DNA of 64,000 nucleotides from Eledone cirrhosa (GCA_964016885.1 OZ024740.1:46934001-46998000), one strand, 5' to 3'; shown: positions 14,350-28,689, counted from the stretch's first letter. The notes: generated from the sequence alone by a model not told the origin. A program made the numbers and translations.

Positions 14350-14888
14350 GGAAATACCGTACGAACATAGATTATAAATTTTACATAATTTAACAAAAAT
14401 AAGGTGACTCCTTGACTAAACAGGATTTCTAATAGCTTTCACTTTTGCCGATGTTGGGATGGTATTCGGATTCCCGACCATCGTCGACTTTGAGGTTTAT
14501 ATTTTGGGGATGGGCATAAAAAAACAGTCGAGGCTTTGTCAGAGACATATTGACTACGAAAAACTATTGACACTTGCATCTGTAGTTCCATAATTATGGT
14601 CTGTTGCCTTCTCTTTGTTTCAATGACATCTGTCATGCGTATGACACATTTCTGATTCTAGTACTTAAATTTATTACTAGCTCTGAACCTAGTTAGACGA
14701 TGGATCATATACTATATGAGTTTGTTTTGTATTTGACCATGTAAGCGTGGAATGATAAGATGATAGGTACACCTGTTTTAAACAATTTTCGGTACGCATC
14801 TAGCTGAATAACTGTCTTCTTCACACTAAAGACATTTTTTCCAATTCCAACCCGCCCGCCCCTTCAATCTATCTTATTTCTCATTCTT

Positions 14889-14924
14889 TCTTCTGATGAA
14901 GGACTAGCGTCTGAAACGTTAAGA
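14889..14924 (+). ncRNA. Minimal hammerhead motif in a short PLE-tail-like repeat (~14850-15010)
   Basis: tctt CTGATGA a-ggac-tagc-gtct GAAA cgt TA aga. A related copy lies on the - strand at ~62155-62190. Confidence 0.55.
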
Positions 14925-15005
14925 CCCTCTTACTGCTATTTCAAGTGTTAACCTTATATATTCCTTCCATATACTGTACCGATTGTGTTGTTATTTCTGT
15001 TTATC

Positions 15006-15207
<202 letters not shown>

Positions 15208-15424
15208 TTATATATAAACAACAGAAGGCCGGACTGGAAATAACCTTGCAAAAAATACTATATATTTTCAATTGTCAAGTTACATCATCCGATCATGATG
15301 CAAGTCCTTCGCAACCTCGTCATGTGTTTATTGCATAATTAGTTAATCAATAAAAGGAATTACAACAAAAACAGAGAATATACTTGACTCACACAACATA
15401 AATGGTATATATAATATAGATAGA

Positions 15425-17792
15425 TATATTTCTTTATTAACCACAAGGGCGCATAAGAAAAGGGGAAAATACAAAGACATGCCGGGGATTTTACATGCAG
15501 TCGTGTAAATATAAAAACAAACAATTATAACAATCGAAATCCCCAATAGGGGGGAGGTGCAACAAATGGGTTGTTTAATACCCCGTCGATAGAACAACTC
15601 TCAACTCCAGGAGCGTGTTGTGCAAGTGCTCCTTTCTTCCTTATTCTCTTCCTCAACCTACAGGCTTATAAACAGAGAAGGCCCAATCACTCGGGCCATT
15701 TTCGCTTCATTCACCCACCTTTCAGTAAATTTACTGGGGTGCAGTGCCTCTCTCTCCACCATGATTCTCCTTCTAAAGTGATACTTAAAGGGAATCAATT
15801 GTTGTCCGGAGAGAAAGGCATCTGTCATCAGTCCTCTCAACCTCGTCCACCATATAACTTCTTTCACCATAGCCACCGTACAGAGGAAAACCGCCTCTCT
15901 TTCGTTTTTGAAAGAGGCTGGCGGTTTGATCCTTACTATGGACTCGGCAGTCAACTGGATTTGTCCCATACGCGACAGCAGTTGTTCTGCATAGTTCCAC
16001 AGGTCGGTTACGCCCGGGCAGTGTACAATTGCGTGCAGGACTGTTTCAATGTCCTGCGCACATCTTGGACACGTCCTCTTGGAAGGATACCTGCCGGGGC
16101 GTCCGTGCCTGTAAATCTTGTCACGAACCGGTAGAGCTCCTCGGTAGCACTGCCAGGCCAGGGACCTATGTAAGTTGTCCATAGGTCCCGGGCGGAAAGT
16201 CCTACCAAATAGACTGGTGAGCTCATCGTCTTCGACGCCCAGAGTCTCTCCGAGCACGTCGTCGCCCTTGTAACGTACAATCCCTCTATAGAATGTCGAA
16301 GTGGAGTCTCCACTGATTGCTGCGCCCGCTTGCCAGAGGACTGTGAGCGCCTGAGCGCATTCAATGTGCCAGGCGCCCATCGTTTTCGGTCTTTTCTTCA
16401 CCCAGGACTGCAGCCCCGTCAGCGAGACGAGCTGTGCGAAAGCCTGTCTCACAAACGGTGCCCACACCGGTTGGGGGTCGGTGAGGAATACCTGAAGATG
16501 CCGCAGCCTCAGCGCATGTTTGCGCATCATCAGCCACGGCATTCCCAGCCCTCCGTAGGAAGGGTGCTGACAGCAGACGGATCTCCTCACCAGCGGAGCC
16601 TGCTTCTTCCACAGAAACAGGAAGAGCATGCGTTCCATCTTGGCGAGGTGTTCACCGGGACAAGGCACGACAGTCAAGCGGTAGTAGATGACGGACGCTA
16701 TGAAAGTGTTCGCCACCTCCGCTCGACCTTTCAAGGACAGTTTGCACTCTGCCCACTTCTGGGTGAGTGCAAACACCTTGGCCGTGACCTCGTTCCAGTT
16801 TTTCTCCACCTGAAGGTCTGGACCGAACCAGACCCCGAGCAATTTCACCGGTCCGTACGTCCAGCATTCAACTACGCTGTCGGACGTCATCGGTTTGCCT
16901 CTCCACGTACCGAGCTGCAAACCGACAGACTTGTCCGGGTTTAGTTTTGCTCCCGTCAGCGTTTCGTATTCTTTCAGTAAGTTGTCGATCACCCCGATTT
17001 CCGAGGTGCTCGACACCATTACCGTCACGTCGTCGGCATAAGCCGACGCCGCTTTGCGCAGTCCCGGTTCTAGAGGGATTCCCTGCAACAGCTCCAATTT
17101 CCGCAGTAGTGGCTCTAGAGTCAATACATACAGAATGGAGGAGAGAGGGCACCTATGTCGAATGGAACGCGTGATTGCGAACGGCTCCGATAGGTCGCGG
17201 TTCACCTTGACCCTCGAGCAGATGCTGGTGTGCATCGCCTCGATCCATCCTCTGAACACGGGACCGAAACCGGCCGCCTTCAGAACCGCTTCCAAGTATC
17301 GATGGTCGACCCTATCGAATGCCTTAGACTGATCCAAGTTGATCAGAGCCCCACCGAAGCCGGGTTTACTACCCACCCTCTCTATGATGTATCGCATGAG
17401 CTGGAGGTTATCGTGTATGGACCTGGTCGGGATTGCACACGTTTGCGCTTTCCCTACCAGGTTCTCGACGACAAGCTCCAACCTCGTCGCTAGCACCTTG
17501 GTCAAAATCTTTAACTCTGTGTGGAGCAGAGTTATGGGTCTGAAGTTGTTAATCTCGTCCCCCTTGTTCTTGTCTTTCCTGATAGCGTTACTACGCCCTT
17601 GCCCGCAGAACTGGGAATTCTCCCGTTCTGTTGCCAATTGCAGTAGACGGCTTCGAGGATGCCAGAGAACTAGTCCGGCATGCCTATGTAAAATTCGTAG
17701 GGTAGACCATCTAGACCGGGTAACTTGCGTTTCCCGCAGCGGCCCAGAGCGTCCCGTATATCAGTGTCCGTGATCGGTCTTTCGCAGAACTC
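15425..17792 (-). mobile_element. 5'-truncated Tx1/L1-clade LINE
   Basis: RT ORF 15658-17637 is homologous to 41503-44631. The 3' UTR ends in aataaagaaatatatctatc and the 5' break abuts (GATA)n. Confidence 0.9.
15658..17637 (-). CDS. LINE ORF2 fragment: RT and C-terminal CCHC zinc finger
   Basis: NFRPITLL, LDQSKAFDRV, AYADD, CPRCAQDIETVLHAIVHC. Confidence 0.85.
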   Translation of the reverse strand: MATERENSQFCGQGRSNAIRKDKNKGDEINNFRPITLLHTELKILTKVLATRLELVVENLVGKAQTCAIPTRSIHDNLQLMRYIIERVGSKPGFGGALINLDQSKAFDRVDHRYLEAVLKAAGFGPVFRGWIEAMHTSICSRVKVNRDLSEPFAITRSIRHRCPLSSILYVLTLEPLLRKLELLQGIPLEPGLRKAASAYADDVTVMVSSTSEIGVIDNLLKEYETLTGAKLNPDKSVGLQLGTWRGKPMTSDSVVECWTYGPVKLLGVWFGPDLQVEKNWNEVTAKVFALTQKWAECKLSLKGRAEVANTFIASVIYYRLTVVPCPGEHLAKMERMLFLFLWKKQAPLVRRSVCCQHPSYGGLGMPWLMMRKHALRLRHLQVFLTDPQPVWAPFVRQAFAQLVSLTGLQSWVKKRPKTMGAWHIECAQALTVLWQAGAAISGDSTSTFYRGIVRYKGDDVLGETLGVEDDELTSLFGRTFRPGPMDNLHRSLAWQCYRGALPVRDKIYRHGRPGRYPSKRTCPRCAQDIETVLHAIVHCPGVTDLWNYAEQLLSRMGQIQLTAESIVRIKPPASFKNEREAVFLCTVAMVKEVIWWTRLRGLMTDAFLSGQQLIPFKYHFRRRIMVEREALHPSKFTERWVNEAKMARVIGPSLFISL

Positions 17793-17830
<38 letters not shown>
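17793..17830. repeat. (GATA)n microsatellite, followed by another LINE-like 3' tail remnant
   Basis: atag repeats, then catttctttgttagccaca, similar to the tail at 15428. Confidence 0.8.
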
Positions 17831-17831
<1 letters not shown>

Positions 17832-18948
17832 CATTTCTTTGTTAGCCACAGCATGCAGCTTTAGGATAAAATAAGTAAATAACAGTAACGATATTCTTCG
17901 CCTGGCAACAGTTAGTGATTTACCATTTACTAACACAGTCTGCACAACAACAACAGCGAACGCTTTCAACACCAATGTTTGCATACAAATAGCCACAGCG
18001 TTTACTTTAAATTTTAGTCTCCGCTCCTTGTAAATTGGGGAATGCACACTTAGTTTATGTAATGTGTTTCAGCGACTCAGCTCCGCAGGCTGTCAGCCAG
18101 GTTACGTACAGATTATAATAAAACTTTTTCAATATTATTCACTCACTTTTATTGCATACTTATACTTACCAAAGAAATCAAACAAAGAGGCCTCTCTGCG
18201 GTTGTATTAGCTATTAGAAATAGCAATCAAATATTTCTTAAATCACGTCACATAACCCTGTAACATAATGGAGTATCACGACTGGAACGCCTTTGAAAAT
18301 AGGTTTGCTCAATTAGGAAGAAATAACAACTGCAATTGGTTTAATTAACTGGTTGCGTTAATATCTAACTTGCTTTAATTGAACATTTATGTAACGATGC
18401 TGTAATAATATAAAAGTACATAAATAGACTGTTAACATTATCGCTGCAATGCTACTTTGTATGGAATTGGTAAATATATTTGATTTATATTTGCATAGAT
18501 TTAACCAGACTAACATGCAAGGCTTTCATGTCATACATACCGTGCTCCAACACGACCAGAATAACAATGGTTTACTTCAATTGAAGTTTTAAATAACATA
18601 TTGATGTACAAAAGAGCAGCTATAATTGTTGACAAGGAACTCATACATACCAGTATTTACTGTTTTCTTTTTCTATTTTTGTCTGGTAGGTTACAATCGT
18701 CATCCATGTAAATAAAAAAAAAAGGAAGAAAACACTACCCTTAATTGAGGAAGTAAAAAGCAGGATGAAGTGATAACAAAGCTGAAAGGATTTCAAACTA
18801 GTTTATTTTAGACCTTTTAATAACACAACACACTAGAAATATGAAACAGAGACAAATTGTATCAGGAATTAAAATATTAAACTATTCAGGGTAAGTTTAC
18901 TTCACCGTTACTTTTTTTTCCTTTTTCCTTTCAAATATTAAAGTTACA

Positions 18949-19100
18949 TAGGCGGTGAATTGGCAGAGTCGTTAGAACGTCGATAGAATGCTTTGCGATA
19001 TTTGTTCTAGGTCTTTGCGCTGAGTTCAATTTTCGTCTTGGTCAATTTTGCTTTTCATATTTTCGAGGTAAAAAAAAAGTACCAGTCTAGTACTGGGGTC
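18949..19100 (+). mobile_element. tRNA-derived SINE (diverged)
   Basis: ggcggtgaattggcagagtcgttaga..tgagttcaa..ttttgcttttcat..agtaccagt. Confidence 0.65.
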
Positions 19101-19552
19101 GGTTCTTCCTCTATATTTCTTTCTCCCTTCTCCTCTATTACTAATTCCCTCTTCTTCTCTGGAATAAATTGACTATGTTCACACCTAGATTTAAAGTGCC
19201 TCAGGCACATCGTATGTCATGGCGATGGCATTCCTACAACTCCATCAGGAGTTACAAGCCCATACACTAATATATTTTAATATAGACTTGATTACAATTA
19301 TTAGGGGATACCTGACTGGAAGGGACTGAGATATTAATTAGGACGATATTTAGTTACTACCTGACGTTCTGACTTCAAGCCCCGCCAAGGGCTACACTTT
19401 GAGCAGATAGAGTAGCGTAATTGCTGTTGTTCTGGTTTAACCTTAAGTCAGACAAAACCGAACCTAGGAACAAAAGCGTTATATCTATGATCATCTCATT
19501 CTTGCCTTAGGCATTGTGCATCTAGGACTGCAGCATCCACTGTGTCGCCCAG

Positions 19553-19753
19553 ACGATAGGTCGCCGTTTAATTCATACACATGTAGATACATATATAAGT
19601 GAGTAGGGAGTGAATTGAGGGAGATTCGGCTGTTATTTCTAATAACGAAGGAGTATGTATGAGATAGTAAGACCTAGTAGAAATAGCAGCCAAATCTCCC
19701 TCAATTCACATCTTACTCTCTTATATATGTATGAATTAAATGACGACCTATCG
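19553..19753. repeat. Imperfect inverted repeat with ~80-90 bp arms
   Basis: acgataggtcg..tttaattcatac..ggctgttatttcta versus tagaaatagcagcc..gtatgaattaaatgacgacctatcgt. Confidence 0.7.
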
Positions 19754-19765
19754 TTTTAAAAACAT

Positions 19766-19810
<45 letters not shown>

Positions 19811-19813
<3 letters not shown>

Positions 19814-20515
19814 AAAACACAAATACCAACATATCTGTGTTTATATTGTAAAAGAAATTAAGTTATTTGTGTTTCATCATATATATTAATTTATATTTAT
19901 TACAGGGCTCAGAAATATTTTTTCTTTGAGCTATTTTCATTGTAAAGGAATGCTTGAGTTTTGAACTCAATACACTTAATATAATTGCTCCTTAGGTTGA
20001 GCTGATAGTAGCCCCATATATACGGCTGTTATTTCTAGCAGTACGCGTATGAGGCTGGCTAGAAACTGTAAAACCATGTGCGTTAAACAGTCTTTTAAAA
20101 TATTTATAAGTGAAGCAAATCAATTTGTTCTGGGTGTTTACTGAAGAGAGCTGGACAAGATATCCTTACACTTATTTATCTCGAAACATATTTGAATTTT
20201 AAAGTTTAAACTTATCTACGGAACAGGTTTGATTTTGAAATTTAAATTTGTCTAAACACCATGGCCATTTGCCAATACTGTTTGTTTGTGTTGATTTATT
20301 ATTTTAAATCGATATAGGCAGGCTGTAATATTATAATTAGTATATTTTATTCTAGCTAACTTAATTTCTTTTACAATATAAACACAGATATGTTGGTATT
20401 TGTGTTTCATCATATATATTAATTTATATTTATTACACGGCTCAGAAATATTTTTTTCTTTGAGCTATTTTCATTGTAAAGGAATGCTTGAGTTTTGAAC
20501 TCAATACACTTAATA
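19811..20515 (+). mobile_element. HHR-bearing non-autonomous element, 533-bp unit, partial tandem with an inverted 5' arm, in (TA)n
   Basis: 19811-19862 is the reverse complement of 20359-20410; 19864-19982 repeats at 20397-20515; HHR-like core at 20141-20196. A diverged relative lies at ~52600-52960. Confidence 0.7.
20137..20196 (+). ncRNA. Hammerhead-like motif with a long stem II loop
   Basis: ttta CTGAAGA gag..ctc GAAA cata TT tgaa. Confidence 0.5.
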
Positions 20516-20528
20516 TATATATATATAT

Positions 20529-21260
20529 AAAAGTTTACATATATATATATACATACACATACATATACGTGTTTTATCTTGTGATTCTATAGACATGTTT
20601 TATGATGTATAGCTCTGATTGTTTAATTTATTAATTTTTCATTGAGCCACAAAGTGACCAGTTGCAAAACACGTATATGTATGTGTATGTATATATATAT
20701 GTAAACTTTTATATGTAATAATCTCCCACTAGGTTGAGATACAAATTTGGCTGTATTGTGCTGTGCTTTCTAACAAAAATGCCACCAGTCGTAAGCAACT
20801 ACCACACCCTTCTAACTTGACCGCGACTACGTCACGATTTTTAGCCATTTTGAAATGAATTCTTGGCGCATTCGTTTTGGAAAATTTATTGTCTAGATAT
20901 GAGCGAGCTTCCTGAAGAATCCGGCGCTCGAGTTTATATAATTATTACATAATTATTGGAAAACTCAAAACACGGACGAAACCATGGTAGAGGTATTTAA
21001 ATGTATTCTATTTTCTCCTAGTTTATTTTAAACCTAATTCTGTTTAGTTGACTATATCTAGGCGATTACGCTGTCGAAATATTCGACAAATATTCCGCTA
21101 CGGCCGACGCGAAGTGCTAGTTTTGGTTATTTGTCGGAGATTCCTTCATAGAAGCCTCATTCGTATAGCCTGGTCTATTCGATTTCTTATATAGTTAATT
21201 ATGCTAATTGGGAGAGGAAATAGTTTATATTTTATCTTATGATTCTATAGACATGTTTTA

Positions 21261-21264
<4 letters not shown>
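20529..21264 (+). mobile_element. HHR-bearing non-autonomous element, 658-bp unit with an inverted 5' arm, in (TA)n
   Basis: 20529-20575 is the reverse complement of 20667-20712; 20576-20607 repeats at 21234-21264; HHR at 20907-20994. Confidence 0.7.
20907..20994 (+). ncRNA. Type I hammerhead ribozyme
   Basis: gcttc CTGAAGA atccg..cggac GAAA ccatgg TA gaggt; stem I gcttc/gaggt; palindromic stem III ACCATGGT. Confidence 0.7.
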
Positions 21265-21354
<90 letters not shown>

Positions 21355-21384
21355 CTCTCTCTCACTCTCTCTCTCCCCCCTCTC

Positions 21385-21448
<64 letters not shown>

Positions 21449-21647
21449 GTAATATATATATAGATATATATATATATACACACATACATATACATACATA
21501 CATATATATGCATATATATACACATACATACGCACATACGTACAGATACGCATATATATATATATACACAGCCATACACATCCATACATATAATATATGC
21601 ATACATACGTACACATACGTACACATACGTACACATACGTACACATA

Positions 21648-21725
<78 letters not shown>

Positions 21726-21729
21726 ATAT

Positions 21730-21763
<34 letters not shown>

Positions 21764-22030
21764 ATATATATGTAATATAAAGATATATATATACACACAC
21801 ACATACATATACAGACATATATATATATATGCCTATATATATACACATACATACACACATACGTACACATACGCATATATATATATATATATATATACAC
21901 ATCCATACACATCCATACATATAATATATGCATACATACGTAAACATACGTACACATACGCATATATATATATATACACACACTTACATACACATCCATA
22001 CATATAACATATGCAATCATATACATATAT
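21263..22030. repeat. Compound (TA)n/(TC)n/(ACATACGTAC)n microsatellite
   Basis: Direct observation; accounts for the spurious YI-repeat ORFs. Confidence 0.9.
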
Positions 22031-22059
22031 AAATAAATAAATTTTGGTATAAAGTTAGA

Positions 22060-22290
22060 TTGTTCTTAGGTACCACATCATGACGTATATCATCAGCATA
22101 GTGTCCGTACTATCCGTTAGGATATAATGTTGGGCTGTAATACAAAGTTTTATACAGTGCACGTGCGTTTGCATGTGCGTTGTATAAAACTTTTTTGTAT
22201 TAAAGCCCATTATTACATGTGTACATACGAAAGTCAGTAGGAAAAAAATATTTATTGATGCTTGGCTTGTCACATTTATTGTGCAGCACA
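22060..22290 (-). mobile_element. Diverged PLE 3'-end remnant
   Basis: ccacatcatgacgt..cgtactatccgttaggatataatgttgggctgtaatac aligns with 33777-33850. Confidence 0.6.
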
Positions 22291-23000
22291 AGCAAGTTGT
22301 AAACGCCGAAGAAACTGAAAACGATATTTGGTTAGTTGGACTCTATGAATTTTCGAGTCCTAATGACCCCAAAAAGAGTATAACGCCATTCCAGAGCAAT
22401 GTCACATTGTGTGTACAGAAAAAAACAACAACAAAAAAAAACGCCACAAGACTGCTGGTACATGTCAGAAAGTCAAGCTGCTACGCGTAGGAAATATAAT
22501 TCACTTAAGGGATTTTTACCCCGAGGCGTTCAAATGACAGAGAAGATGAGTGAAATAGAGACAGTAACAACAGCAATAATCCATAAGAGATGCTGTTCTC
22601 AGGTCATCACAAAGCAGCGGAAAAGGTAGAAGACATCCATTCTTCCTCTGTGTTCAGATCCAAGGATCACCGAATCGACTAGAAATTCAAATGCTAAGAA
22701 GCAAAAGCCCCTTCCTTTCCCGGCGGCAATAGAGATAAAATGGATGATGGCGACGAGTAGAAAGTTATCGGTATTGATGGAGGAATAGAAAAAGAAAACA
22801 AAAGTAAAAATACAAATTAAAAAAATTAGGCGTGCAAGATGCAAGAAGAGAAGCCTATCCTACATGGAAGCACTAAAGGTTTACATACTCAATGGAGATG
22901 TTGACTGGAAGCATTGATAAGGGACCAGTGCCGGAAACTTATGACAATATTGGAAGTCTATGTTTTGGATGTACTCGATTTTATTATGAATAGTGGAAGT

Positions 23001-23213
23001 AGGGCGGTGGATTGGCAGTATCGGTAGAGAGTCGGACACCATTCTTTGCAGCATAGAGTTACGGTCTTTTACGGTCTGAGTTCAAATCCCGCCGAGGTTA
23101 ACTTTGCCTTTCATCCTTACGGGGTCGATAAAATAAAGTACCAGTAACGTACTGGGTCGATTTAATCGACTTTCCCCTCCTGAATTACTGGCCTTGTGCC
23201 TATAGTAGAAATC
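23001..23213 (+). mobile_element. tRNA-derived SINE with TSD
   Basis: A-box-like TGGCAGTATCGG and B-box GAGTTCAAATCC; TSD attatgaatagtggaagt at 22983-23000 and 23214-23231. Confidence 0.85.
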
Positions 23214-23739
23214 ATTATGAATAGTGGAAGTTGGTTGATACTATAGGGGTGGGTTGTTCTTATTTGTTTGTATTTATAGTCATTCATTCATTCATTTACA
23301 CACACACATTCACATACATACATGTATATGTGTGTTTGTATATATGTATGTGTGTCTTTGAAGAGACTTTATAACCGAATGGGAAATAAATGCTATGAGT
23401 AATTGACTTAGCAAAAGATCTCTATAGAGTAAAGAAACTCAAGAGAATTTATATATGCTGAATCCCACTGCCAACGTCAGTTAATCGTTCAAAATTCTCT
23501 CCTCTTCACATACCAAGCGAACAGCACTTTAAACGATTACACGATGCTAGAGCTGGGATTCAGCACCAACGCCTACATGTACTAGAGTACGCCAACAATA
23601 ATTACGAAAAATATATTTAACCCAAATATTAAAAAAAGACCTCTACAAAATCAAATAAGTCGATGTCAGTTCGTATCGTCTACAGGTCACGAATATAGCT
23701 TTAATTTTTTTAACGTAAACGATTCGCTACATAGAATCG

Positions 23740-24345
23740 TCCAGGCCCGTGCATTACTGACTTGTGAGGTGTTGTCGAGCAGCTATTATCACGGATCCGG
23801 CTATCGACCGAGTCATTGTGAATATCATCCCGCCGCCTTCTTTGGTAGGATAGTTTTTCTCTGTCTTGTGGCTGTGGCGAAAGAGGTTGTGTGGTGGACG
23901 CGGCTGAAAGGACTGAAGGCAGACACTTTCCTTTTCGGCCAATCCCCCAACTTTCTCAAGTTCCACTTAGAAAGGAAGGTGAGTGTGGAGAGAGAAGTGC
24001 TGCCCCCTCCCCAGTATATTCGTTAAAAGGTAAGGTGTAGCGAGGATGGCCTTTGTGAATGGGCTTACTCTGACGATGCGCCTGTTGGCGGGTTAGTCTG
24101 GAGAGGAGTGGGGCGCCCTCCCAGGGTGCTTTTGGAAACTAGTGTAGTTTAGGATTGGTGGAGTTCCTAAGTCACTCCCTGAGTGGTTCTCCCCTCTATT
24201 TGTGAATCTTCATCGTTATAATTGTAATTCTTATTGTTATTTTTTATATCATTTTTATACTCAATTTTTCTGTAAACCCACACTGTCCCTGTTCTTTGTA
24301 TTGTCCTCTTTTTGTTAGCCCCTGTGGCAAATAAAAAAAAAATAA
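23740..24345 (+). mobile_element. 3' fragment of the Tx1-like LINE
   Basis: VFLCLVAVAKEVVWWTRLKGL matches the ORF2 C-terminus of the larger copies. Confidence 0.75.
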
Positions 24346-24392
24346 TAACAGTAATAATAATAATAATAATTATTATTATCAATAGTAGTCGT

Positions 24393-24586
24393 AGGGCGGT
24401 GGATTGGCAGTATCGGTAGAGGGTTGGACGCCATGTTTCGACTCATAGAGTTACGGCCCTTTCCATTCTGAGTTCAAATCCTGCCGAGGTTAACTTTGCC
24501 TTTCATCCTTACGGGGTCGATAAAATAAAGTACCAGTAATGCACTGGGTAATTGCTGGCCTTGTGCCAAAAGTAGAAACAATTATT
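24393..24586 (+). mobile_element. tRNA-derived SINE with TSD
   Basis: Same family as 23001; TSD aatagtagtcgta. Confidence 0.85.
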
Positions 24587-25067
24587 AATAGTAGTCGTAA
24601 TGGTGGTGGTTATTGCATTAAGAGCGTTGACATTTGTGTCACCATCGAAAACAACTGCATTATCATCATCTTCATCGCCGCCGTCGTCGTAAAATTTTGA
24701 AGCCTATAGTAGTTGGGTGGGGTGGTGGTGGTGGTGGTGTTGGCGGCGGGGTAGTAATAACAAGGCAGTTTTTGGAAGTGACATAACCAAGTAGTTATGA
24801 AGATGATGACAGAACATTTAGCCCCCCTTTTGTTTATTTTGTCTCAAAGGACTGTGAGATATGTTCTTAGACATTTCCATATGTTCATAACAGTCATAAT
24901 AATAATACTTGTTGGTTCAGTTGCGTCATTTGTTGTAAACATTCTTTCTTTTCTCAGCCCTGTCATTGGTTCCCTCTTTCATTTAAAAAGTACGAATTCA
25001 GAAGCTGAAATTTATTGCTATTTCAATTTTTTGAGAATAATGCCAAAAGGAGTGAATTAGAATAATA

Positions 25068-25257
25068 ATTGTTTCTACTTTTGGCACAAGGCCAGCAATT
25101 ACCCAGTGCATTACTGGTACTTTATTTTAACGACCCCGTAATGATGAAAGGGAAAGTTAACCTCGGCGGGATTTGAACTCAGAACGTAAAGGATCATAAC
25201 TCTATGCTGTAAAGTATGGTGTCTGACGCTCTACCGATACTGCCAATTCACCACCCT
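25068..25257 (-). mobile_element. tRNA-derived SINE
   Basis: Reverse complement of the 23001 family, flanked by ggagt(g/c)aattagaataataat duplications. Confidence 0.8.
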
Positions 25258-25291
25258 TGTCAAACGGAGTCAATTAGAATAATAATAATCA

Positions 25292-25590
25292 TCTTTTCTC
25301 TATTAACCACAAGGGCCTACAAAAAACGTCGACGAAGGTATAAGACGATACGACGTGGGTTTACATGAACGTGTATAGAAAGGAGAAATAACAAAAACAA
25401 AAAGGGTAACTTGGACGATGCTAACCATTCTCATCCACCCTACAACAAATTTGCTGGAAAGCACCACTTCACTTTCCACCCTCAGTTTTCTTTTCTACTA
25501 AAACTTGGTAACGGTGATGAGGCCTTGGTCAAAGAGTAAAGCGTCTGCTTTCAGCTCTTTCAATCTTGTCTCTTTCAGCTCTTTCAATCA
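25292..25590 (-). mobile_element. Decayed 3' fragment of the Tx1-like LINE
   Basis: attaaccacaagggc tail as at 15436, with remnants of the ORF2 end. Confidence 0.5.
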
Positions 25591-25794
25591 CAACAATGAG
25601 CTGACAGCCAAATCCGTCCTATATGTGATTGCAGCTGTTCGACATCACATCGTATTCCAACAATGCTCATGCACTGGACGATTGCATGCAGAACGGTTTC
25701 GTCGCTATGAGGGCATCCAAGAAGACACTTTCGTACTTGTAAAGTTTATTTCGAAACGGCAATGAAAGGTATCAGTACTATAGAAATTACAATT

Positions 25795-25852
<58 letters not shown>

Positions 25853-26042
25853 TAGTGCGGCAGAAACTCGAGTCCGGGAACCTTATAGGCACCCGTTTTA
25901 CGTGTGTTGTGTTGAGGCAAATAACTATGTGTATACTCTGGTAATGTATCTTACATTGCCCATTGAGTGCGCTGAGATACAACCGGTACTGGCATTGATA
26001 AATATGCTGGGTCCGTCAACCCTTATTATTATTATATATATA

Positions 26043-27199
<1,157 letters not shown>

Positions 27200-27275
27200 C
27201 CAATTGCAAACTGATTCCTTCATAATTTTTTAAAGGAATATTTGAAAGATATAAAAAGTGAATTCAAAGAATATA

Positions 27276-27377
<102 letters not shown>

Positions 27378-27910
27378 AAATGAACATACACGCACAGACA
27401 GTGAGTTGTTGAGATAAAAGAAAACCTTAAAAATACACGCACGCTGCTTTGCTTAGCAGTTGACGTTATTACAGTGCCTTGTATAAGCTAATATAGATAT
27501 ACCTCCCTCTAACCAACAGTTTCCATATGCTTTTCTATATTCCCGTGTTTTCAGTTCTCTCAGGATTCAATAATACCCAATGTATTCCACCCACCATCAA
27601 AATTTTGTATGGCGTGACTTCACTCATAAATAATAAAATTTGCCTTTCATCCTTTCGTATGAATAGGTTTATATGTCTCCCAGCAGAAGATATCCTATCT
27701 TATTAGAATATCCAAGCTGGTTCTTACACAGCGAAACAGTAGTCGGGACCTCGAAGTAAATTAGGTAACTTTTTATCTTATTTGCTTCTCCCACTTATAC
27801 ATTTATAACGCTCTGACTCATTGATTAATTATTTAATTCAATCATTCATTGAGCAAAATTGTTAACTGATAGACACCCTTATATGTATGTTTATAGTTAT
27901 GTGTGTATAT

Positions 27911-27965
<55 letters not shown>

Positions 27966-28552
27966 TAACAGAATACTGGGTTGATGTATATATATATATA
28001 TTATAAAGGAGCATTTCGTACTTAAATACTCCTGCGTCGAAAGTCACCAGTTTTAACAGGATGGTTTTAAGAGTAGATGTATCACCACGAAGTCTCAGGT
28101 TCTGTTGCTGCTGTAATAACACCTCTGGAAGGAATCCTTCCATATCACATTTAAAGGCATTGCTGTGGTAACAGTTTGGTAGTAAGATGTTAGGAATATC
28201 GACAACGACTTTGCTTGTTTTACATTATTTATTAATAAGGTTGAGCTGAGTGGAGCTGAGTAGCTGGCATGCCAAGAGAGATAAAACAAGCGAATTAAGA
28301 ATTCAGGAGACACGGTCTACTGGCTGAAGTGTGGCCAGGCCGTGGTTAAGTTGTTGTGTTACATGTTGGCTAGTGATTTCACGACAAAAGAAAATAGGTG
28401 TTTACCTTTTCGAAGTCAGCGTGTAAGAGAGCGATTTCTCAAATCCACGCGGGAATTTTTCCCTCAGGGCGCGTAGGGATACATTCTCTTCTACTGGCGC
28501 TGATTGGCTGAGCTGAGCCAAATCACGCACAGAGAATGTATGTGAGCCCGCG

Positions 28553-28620
<68 letters not shown>

Positions 28621-28629
28621 AATTATGTC

Positions 28630-28689
28630 CATAGAATTATTTGATAAAATATATACACTAGTGTATATATTTTATCAAATAATTCTATG
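28630..28689. repeat. Perfect 60-bp palindrome (imperfect out to ~28612-28708)
   Basis: catagaattatttgataaaatatatacact|agtgtatatattttatcaaataattctatg. Confidence 0.9.

Noticed and set aside
23001-23100. tRNA gene
   Set aside because: A/B boxes are present but there is no cloverleaf; it is multicopy with TSDs, so a SINE.
28005-28040. HHR-like cgcagga gtat-ttaa-gtac gaaa tgc tc on the - strand
   Set aside because: Two core mismatches and no stem I, so chance cannot be excluded.
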